Source of the DNA: Eledone cirrhosa
Lineage: Eukaryota
Assembly (NCBI GenBank): GCA_964016885.1
Contig: OZ024743.1
Location: forward strand, 92,070,001-92,134,000
Direction of reading: 5' to 3'
DNA length: 64,000 nucleotides
Shown: one piece after another, positions 56,048 to 64,000 of the stretch
Layout: every line of letters starts with the position of its first letter
Position numbering within the stretch: the stretch's first letter is position 1
Translations under genes and position numbers: made by a program
The notes under the pieces: model-generated
Databases searched by the model: none
Told to the model about the DNA's origin: nothing
Seen by the model: the letters and a program-made list of their open reading frames with translations, nothing else

Positions 56048-56884
56048 TACTTTCGGGTCCCATATAATAGGGGGGAGAAGAGGGATTGAAAGATGAAGAG
56101 GGGTGACATTTGCTTAAATTCTTATAAGCGGGGGGGTTCGTATAAACGGGGCGAGGTCGTAAAATGGGATTTCTTGTAATGTTCTTTTTTTTTTTGTCAT
56201 ATGTAATGTTTTTATTTTAATAAAATTATTATTAGATTCACCAGCTGCTGTATCAATAAGAATCACTTACAATAAAAATTCACCGGAGATAGATTAGCAA
56301 AATTTAATAAACGAAGGGGGTGGAATAAAAGTGGAATGGGGGGGGGGGGGGATCTGAAAAATTAATAAGCGGTTGGGGGCACTATTATTCAAGACCTGAG
56401 AGTACATATAAGATTTCCCAAACGACAGCAAGGAGCAAAAGTCATTAATACTTCTATTCGTTAAATACTCTCGGGTCTCGAATAGTCACCCCCTGCGCTC
56501 CTCGCTTATTAATTTTTCAGATTTTTTCCAAACCCCTCCCCACTGCTCTTATTCTATCTCTCCAGTGAAATGTTATTTTAAGTGGTAGCAATCCTGTGAC
56601 AATCATTTATTTTCTTTATACATTAAAAAACATTATCCATCGCAAAAAAAGTCCATTGCTAGAAATCTCATACATTATAAAATAGATAGGATGGGTTGGG
56701 GGTCTCAATATGTAAACTAAACGACTAATTCTGTTTTTTTTTTTTTTAAATCAACAGACAACCTAGAAAAATTACCCCACACCACACCACCCCAGCTTAT
56801 TCCACACACACATAACCACACACACACACACACACAAAACCCACCTATTCACCCCCACCTGCAGTTATTTGGGACCCGAGAGTA
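56048..56884. mobile_element. Two MITE copies (56048-56404, 56466-56884) in opposite orientation
   Basis: TA-CT(T/C)TCGGGTC...GACC(C/T)GAGAG-TA termini; internal ctgaaaaattaataagcg is mirrored. Confidence 0.75.
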
Positions 56885-56916
56885 TTTAAGCTAATTTCTA
56901 TTATTACACCCGTCTC

Positions 56917-57135
56917 CAGGCGGTGTATTAGCAGTATCGGTAGAGTCGGACACCATGCTTTGCAGCATGGAGTTACGGCCCTTTACGGTCTGAGTTCAAA
57001 TCCCACCGAGATTAACTTTGCCTTTCATCCTTACGGGGTCGATAAAATAAAGCACCAGTAACGTACTAGGTCGATTTAATCGCCTTTCCCCTCCCTTCAA
57101 ATTACTGGCCTTGTGCCTAAAGTAGAAATCATTAT
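56917..57135 (+). mobile_element. S1 SINE
   Basis: Full-length match to 3612-3800. Confidence 0.85.
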
Positions 57136-57259
57136 TACACTCGTCTCCGTGACGGATCTAATAATAGGTTTTATTTAAAAATTATAGCTATAAAAAAATA
57201 CTGCTCACTTATCTAGGACTTTTATTTCGTTTTATTTATATAATTATTTAAACTACATG

Positions 57260-57386
57260 CAGGGTGTTCCCAAAGTTACCGAGGATTTAAGAATCAAATA
57301 ACACATCTATTCGTTATGTTAGGTAAATTTCATTAAAACTATATTAAATATTTCAAAACACCGTTGGTGACTTTGGGGACACCATG
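57260..57386. mobile_element. Tc1/mariner-type MITE
   Basis: CAGGGTGTTCCCAAAGTTACC ... GGTGACTTTGGGGACACCATG. Confidence 0.7.
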
Positions 57387-57549
57387 TGTCTGTGTATTTC
57401 ACGGTATAGCTATCTGTCTGTTGTGTGTCTACCTACCTGTGCAACTGACAGCCTACTACTACCTGGAGGCGAGTATGTCAAAACTTTTGTATTGTGTACA
57501 TTATTACTTTCAGCGCTAACGTTTACCGAGTCTATTTATTTTATAGATA

Positions 57550-57581
<32 letters not shown>

Positions 57582-57849
57582 ATCGTGTCTGTGTGTGTGT
57601 GTCTATGTGTACCTGTGTGTGTCTGTGTCTGTGTGTCTGTGTGTCTGTATCTGTGTGTGCCTGTGTGTTATTAAACCACTGCTTTATCCTCGAGAAATTG
57701 CTTTTAAAAATGCGCCTTTTTAAAACAAATTCCTTCCCAGTACAAAACCTCTCATGATTGTATTGTCGTGAGTTCGATTCATCGACCGGGTGGTACGTTG
57801 TGTTCTTCAGTTTCATTTTACTTCATTTAACGTTGTTTTTCGTGATATG

Positions 57850-58230
57850 ACTGAAGTCCCTATCATTACAATCCCCAAGTATTTTCCTGTGAGATGCAAC
57901 CACGTAGGATGCCAGCTAAACCTTCATAGGTGTTATCTGTAATTAAAACCACTGAGAAAACTCCTATGAGATACAACTTCGTCGGAGGTCAGCAAAACCT
58001 GCATAGGTGTGAGCTACAGCATGATAGAACCGGGTTCCTTATTAAAACCGCCGAGAAAACTCCTATGAGATGCTACATTGTCAGAGGCCAGCTAAACCTG
58101 CCTAGGTGTCATCTGTAACAGCAACAACGTGAGATGACTGGGGCCCCATCATTAAAACAGCCGAGAAACATCGTATGAGATGCAGCTTTAGCAGGCCAAC
58201 TAGCTCAATCTGCTTAAGTGTGAGATGTAC
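57850..58230 (+). repeat. Degenerate ~100-bp tandem repeat
   Basis: Recurrent attaaaac..c.gagaaaactcctatgagat...gccagctaaacct.cataggtg. Confidence 0.7.
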
Positions 58231-58329
58231 AATTCATTTTTTTTTTCATTTTATTCAGCTCAAAATGTGGAGAGAAAGCATTAGTCTCACAACATCACGT
58301 ACTTCTGTCTCACCTAACTATTTGTAAAT

Positions 58330-59000
58330 TTGGCAAACGCCAACAATTTGAGGGGAGTAGAACAGTCGTTTACATCGACACCAGAACATGAATTGTATTA
58401 TTTTAAAGACCTCAGAAGTATAGAAGGCAAAATTACCCTCGATGGATTTTGAAATGAAAATTTAAAGAGCAGGAACGAATACGACGAGGCATTTTGTCCA
58501 ACACTTAACCGATTCCGCCTATCTACCGCCCTTGCATTCTATATTAGGCACAAGGTTAGCCATTTAGGAAGGGAAAAGGTCGACTAAATGAATCCAGTAC
58601 TTAACTGATACTATATTTTATCGACCCTGAAAAGAGGAAAGGCAAAATTTACCTCGGCGGGATTTGAACTCGGAATGTAAAGAACCGAAACATACTGCAA
58701 CGCTTTAACGACTCTGTTGATCCACTGCCCGCCTAATAATACTAACAACGGTTTCTGATTTAGGCACAAGGCCAACAATTTGGGGGGAGGGGAAGTTGAT
58801 TAAATCGACACCAGTGCATTACTGGTACTTTATTTTATCGACCCCGTATGGATGAAAGTCAAAGCTAACCTCAGCAGGATTTGAACTCAGAACGAAAAGG
58901 GCCATACTTCTATGCTGCCAATCCACAGCCGTCATTATAATACTGAAACTATATGCCGCAAAGCATGTTGCCCGGCGCTCTACTGATTCTGCCACCCTCG
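58330..59000 (-). mobile_element. Cluster of 3-4 tandem S1-type SINEs
   Basis: Repeated ggcacaagg...tttatcgacccc...aaggcaaa...ggatttgaactc. Confidence 0.8.
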
Positions 59001-59272
59001 TGATAATACTAATAATACTACTTAATCTACTAAATCATACTTTAATGTGTTTGTGATACTTTAGAGTAACCGGCAGATAGATTCTGTGACACGGATTCAA
59101 TTCCCGGTTGAAAGCTGCTGTTTCACATCACAAGTGTGTGTATGTGTTTAGCTGCGTGTGTGCGTGTTTACCTGTGTGGGTATATGTGCTTAGCTGCGTG
59201 TTTGCGTCTTTGCGTGTTTACCTGTATGGGTGTAGGTACTGGTCCACCTGGTTCCTTACCACGCTTTCTTTG

Positions 59273-59309
<37 letters not shown>

Positions 59310-59315
<6 letters not shown>

Positions 59316-59409
59316 GCCTCAAAAAATGTATACACACTTCAACAGCATTCTAATAAATATTTCCTGTACAGGTAATCAAAATGTGTATACATATTTGGGG
59401 GACACCCTG
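59310..59409. mobile_element. Tc1/mariner-type MITE
   Basis: AGGGTGCCTCAAAAAATGTATACAC ... GTGTATACATATTTGGGGGACACCCTG, with TA flanks. Confidence 0.75.
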
Positions 59410-59910
59410 TATATAATGTATATCAATGTAAATATATGTATGTATGCATGTTAGTGTTCGGGTTGACGATCGTAAACTCATCAATACGATTCCTCAACTT
59501 GACAGCACGTTTTGTTCTTGAGCAAGATACTTTATTTCATATTGCTCCAGTCCACTAAGCTAGAAAACACACATCGTATCTGTATTTCAAAGGGCCAACA
59601 TTGTCACTCACTGTGTAACGCTGAAACTCCACGTGTCTCCAATGTTCGGCAACTTGCATATTACTTTTACGTCACGTGTTAGCTGTTCCGTTAACCAAAC
59701 AACTGGAGCACTCATCGTTGAAACTGACGGAAGCTCAACGTATGTATGTATGTATGTATGTACGTATGCATGTATGTATCTGTGTACTGTATATGTCTGC
59801 ATGTATGTATATATGTATGTATGCATTCATGTATGTGTGTATGTATGTGTGTGTACGTATGTATGTGTGTATGTATGTTTGCATGTCTGCATGGTATGTG
59901 TGTACAATGT

Positions 59911-60210
59911 CTAGGGCGGGTAAAATTCCCAAGATCCATGGACGAGTTCTCTCCAGCGGTCTCTGTCCCTCATTATCGCTGCCATGTCCTGCGTCTCCAA
60001 GAGACCAGTGTCTGACCTTAGGGCATCAACATATGTTAACCTCGGTCTTCCTCTTCCAGTGTGTCTGTGCAGGGGCTCCCACAGGAGCACCGAGTGCAGT
60101 GTCAACTCTGGATGTCGGTGAGCATGTCCAGCTAACCTCAGTCTCCTCTGTGTCACTTTCGAGCTGACCTTTGGGAGGCTCCCGTACAGCTCTGAGTTCT
60201 TCATCCTCAG
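59911..60210 (-). pseudogene. RTE/RTE-X LINE 3' fragment
   Basis: NSELYGSLPKVS..RRLRLAGHAHRH..VLLWEP..RGRPRLTYVD..MRDRDRWR. Confidence 0.85.
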
Positions 60211-60504
60211 TGTATACTAATTAGTGTATGTATGTATTCATATATGTATATATGTATGCATTCATGTATGTATGTGTGTGTGTGTATGTATGTTTGTATG
60301 TCTGCATGTATGTATGCGTTCGTATAATTGTTCTCAGGAGACGGACGTTGAGGAGACTCCACGGTAACAGGATACAGGATCAACCTTTATAACTACACTC
60401 CGCTGTGATATTGAGTATCTTTTACTCTCTCTACATCAAAACCAACGGATCTACCTGTGTGAGGTGGGGTGTCAGTGTGTGTGAGAGAGTGAGTAAGTGA
60501 ATGA

Positions 60505-60880
60505 GTGTGTGTACTCAGCCTGAGTGTGTCAATATGCAGGTGTGTGTGTGTGTGTGTGCGTGTGTGAATGAGCGTGTGTGCTTCAGCATGAGTGTCAATA
60601 TGTAGGTGTGTGTGTGTGTTAATGAGCGTGTGTGCTTCAGCCTGAGTGTCAATATGTAGGAGTTTGTGTGTGTGCGTGTGTGTATGTGTGTGTGTGCTTC
60701 AGCATGAGTGCGTCAAGATGTAGGTGTGTGTGTGTGAATGAGCGTGTGTGCTTCAGCATGAGTGCGTCAATATGTAGGTGTGTGTGTGAATGAGCGTGTG
60801 TGCTTCAGCATGAGTGTGTCAATATGATTGTGTGTGTGTGTGCTTCAGCATGAGTGTGTCAACATGTAGGAGTGTGAGTG
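60505..60880. repeat. ~40-50-bp minisatellite (gtgtgcttcagcatgagtgtgtcaatatgtagg)
   Basis: About 8 imperfect tandem units with variable (GT)n. Confidence 0.85.
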
Positions 60881-61104
60881 TGTGTGGAGGTGGGGGAGAA
60901 TGCTATTGTAACCTTGGCAACTAAAAGAACTTTTGTTTGTTTGTATTTGTTCGTTATTTTCCTGTATTGTTATCTAACGGTTCCACTCTACTACTTCACT
61001 AACACCACTTTCACAACCTTACAATCTGTTGTCTGGAAATGTAACCTGCTAACAAGCAAACAGTCACCCCTGTTCCCGCTTATTAACGCTGGTTCATCAT
61101 CATT

Positions 61105-61147
<43 letters not shown>

Positions 61148-61577
61148 TATATATAAATTCAGCGAGAATCGTATTTCGGCTGGTAGAAAAAGCGAAACGA
61201 AACGCAAAATCGTAGAAATGCTGGCAAGCGCTCAATAGTTAAGAAAACTAGAGCTAAACAATATGTTAAAACGCCATACAAACTGGAAAAGTGGTCAAGA
61301 AGGCATTAACCACCTAAGCCAAAAAAACAAATCAAGCTAAACAGGTCAAACAAAATAAATGATAAAAACAGACCTGGACCCAAATGGAATTGAGGGAAAA
61401 ATCCAAATGCAGGGTTTCTATGACACCTAAATCAATAATACTGTCAGCTTAAAACTATAAGCTTTCGGCATAAAGATCGAACAAGGAATATCACGTTATC
61501 AACAGGTATTTTGCTCTGTAACCAACTTTGTGAGTGACGCAGAACCTTGTAAAAGCACATGTGTAACTATATATATA

Positions 61578-61748
61578 CCGTATTTGTATTCCCCGACGCC
61601 GAAGACGCTTCGTCCTCAAGGATGAACCCTTATTCTGATAACCAAAAATTTGAAAAAAAATAATAAACAACTTTCAGCTCCAGGACACATGGTAGATTTT
61701 TGAGACTATTTCAGGGAAAAAGTAGCGTCTTCGACGCCGGGAAATACG

Positions 61749-61749
<1 letters not shown>
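61578..61749. mobile_element. pogo/Tigger-type MITE
   Basis: TA-CCGTATTT..ccgacgccgaagacgct ... agcgtcttcgacgccgggAAATACGG. Confidence 0.7.
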
Positions 61750-61788
<39 letters not shown>

Positions 61789-61914
61789 TGGTCGTTTTGT
61801 AAGCCTCAACAATGCAGATGGGTAAATCTCCGGGTAACAGAATCCGGTGGTAGTGAGAGAGATGTAAGAGGAAATGTAGAATGAGACGTTTTGGGTGTAG
61901 AGGAACGTAGGTAA

Positions 61915-62045
61915 GAGTGTAAAAATAATAACTGTTTCTACTTTAGGCACAAGGCCAGCAATTACCCAGTGCATTACTGGTACTTTATTTTATCGACCCC
62001 GTAAGGATGAAAGGCAAAGTCAACCTCGAGTGTAAAAATAATAAC
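61915..62045 (-). mobile_element. 5'-truncated S1 SINE with 18-bp target-site duplication
   Basis: gagtgtaaaaataataac at 61915-61932 and 62028-62045 flanks a 95-bp SINE 3' half. Confidence 0.85.
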
Positions 62046-62342
62046 ACAAGATAGTTACCATGGAAGTGATTTAATTGTCCCTATATTTCGGATTTCGCAT
62101 CCATCAACTGGGGGTTTTCCGAAGGGGAAAGTTTTGGTCTTCCAAGGTAACTCTATCTCGTGTTATTTTTACATTCTTTCCTACGTTCCTCTACACCCTA
62201 TACGTCTCATTCTTCATTTCCTCTTACTTCTCTCTCATTACCACCTGATTCTCTTACCCAGAGATTTACCCATCTGCATTGTTGAGGCTTCCAAAACGAC
62301 CAATTTTATTATTCCACAATGCTTCAAGCAAACTTCAACACT

Positions 62343-62390
<48 letters not shown>

Positions 62391-62561
62391 TGTGTGTGTC
62401 TGTCTGTCTGTCTGTCTGTCTGTAGGATATCGTATTTTTGTCCGAGTGCCTGATAAGGGCCAGTTTCGAAGAGTCTCCTCCAATATACAGTGATGGCCAT
62501 AACTGGACCCCCGAAATCAATGGTTCCGCATACATTTTAAGTGTATGAAACTTTATTTAAA

Positions 62562-62659
<98 letters not shown>

Positions 62660-62779
62660 GACCTCAGTCGGATCCGACGATGAGTGTTCCAGTTGTTCGA
62701 AGTATACGAAATTAACGTCTGAGCATTTCACAGACACGTGTACTTTTACAGTATTGAAGGATTTTCAGGAGGTCTATTA

Positions 62780-63990
62780 TTGGGAGTATCGGTAGAGAGT
62801 CGGACACCATGCTTCGTGGCGTAGAGTTATGGCCCTTTACGGTCTGAGTTCAAATCCCACCGAGGTTAACTTTGCCTTTCATCCTTACGGGGTCGATAAA
62901 ATAAAGCACCAGTAACGTACTGGGGCCTTGTGCCTATACTAGAAAATTATTATTATTAGGACAATGGCTTGGCATTTACGGTCCTTTACGTTCTATGTTT
63001 ACTTCTTATTAAGCTCGTTAGCTTTGCTTTTCATCTTTACTGCACTCGGGTCGATTTAATCGACTTTCCCCTCCCCTTCAAATTGCTGGTCTTTTGCCAA
63101 AAATAAAAACAATTATTATTATTATTAGGGCGGTATTTTCATCCTTACGGCGTCGATAAAATAAAGTACCAGTAATGCACTGGGTCGATTTAATCGACTT
63201 TCCCCTCCCCAAAAATTGCTGGCCTTGTGCCTATATAAGAAACCATTATTAGGGCGGTAGATTGGCCGTATCGGTAGACCGTCGAACAACAGGTTCTGTG
63301 GCATAGAATTACGGCTCTTTACGTTCTGAGTTCAAATCCCGCCAACGTTAGCTTTGCCTTTCATCCTTACGGGGTTGATAAAATAAAGTACCAGTCACAC
63401 ACTGAGGTCGATTTCATCGACTTTCCTCTACCCCGCAATTGTTGGCCTTATGCCTAAAACAGAAACTATTATTAGGCCGATGGATTGGTAGTATCGGGTC
63501 AGCATCAAACATGCTTTGCGGGATATAGTTACATCCCTTTACGTTCTGAGTCCATCCTGCCAATGTTAACTTTGCCTTTCATCCTAACGGCCTATAAGTA
63601 CCAGTAACGCACTGGGACCTAGTCCCCAATTTAATCGAGTTTCTCTTTCCCTTCAAATTGCTGACCTTGTGATTGGCAGTATCGGTAGAGGGTCGGACGC
63701 CATGCTTTGCAGCAAAGAGTTACGGCCCTTTATGGCCTGAGTTCAAATCCCGCCGAGGTTAACTTTGCCTATCATTCTTACGGGGTCGATAAAATAAAGT
63801 ACCAGTAATACACTGGGATAATTACTGGCCTTGTGCCAAAAGTAGAAACAATTATTATTAAGGCGGTACTTTCATCCTTACTGGATCGATAAAATAAAGT
63901 ACCAGTAATGCACTGGGGCCTAGTACCCAATTTAATCAACTTTCTCTTTCCCTCAAATTGCTGGCCTTGTACCAATGCTAGACTTATTAC
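62780..63990 (+). mobile_element. Head-to-tail cluster of about 7 full or partial S1 SINEs
   Basis: Repeated central domain and ggccttgtgcc..agaaac(ATT)n tails. Confidence 0.9.
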
Positions 63991-64000
63991 TCTCGCCATT

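Overview
AT-rich, microsatellite-saturated animal DNA, most likely an octopus/cephalopod intergenic or intronic region (inferred from the SINE families and repeat content). No host protein-coding gene can be supported. The window holds: (i) stacked R4/Dong-type RLE non-LTR retrotransposons in (TAA)n repeats, one with an uninterrupted ~1040-aa RT/zinc-knuckle/RLE frame; (ii) a Penelope-like GIY-YIG fragment; (iii) three RTE/RTE-X LINE remnants plus a short RTE tail, one with a PHD-like finger inside the RT region; (iv) many tRNA-derived SINEs and several MITEs; (v) a ~14.2-kb 24-bp minisatellite with higher-order duplications, enclosed by terminal inverted repeats. The most striking signal, absent from the ORF track, is about 20 type-I hammerhead-ribozyme-like motifs from roughly 10 short sequence families embedded in (TA)n. 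Several of these elements are long fold-back palindromes whose junctions fall at or inside the ribozyme, and three families carry a compensatory U3-A8 core. All structures were read by eye; coordinates may be off by a few bases.
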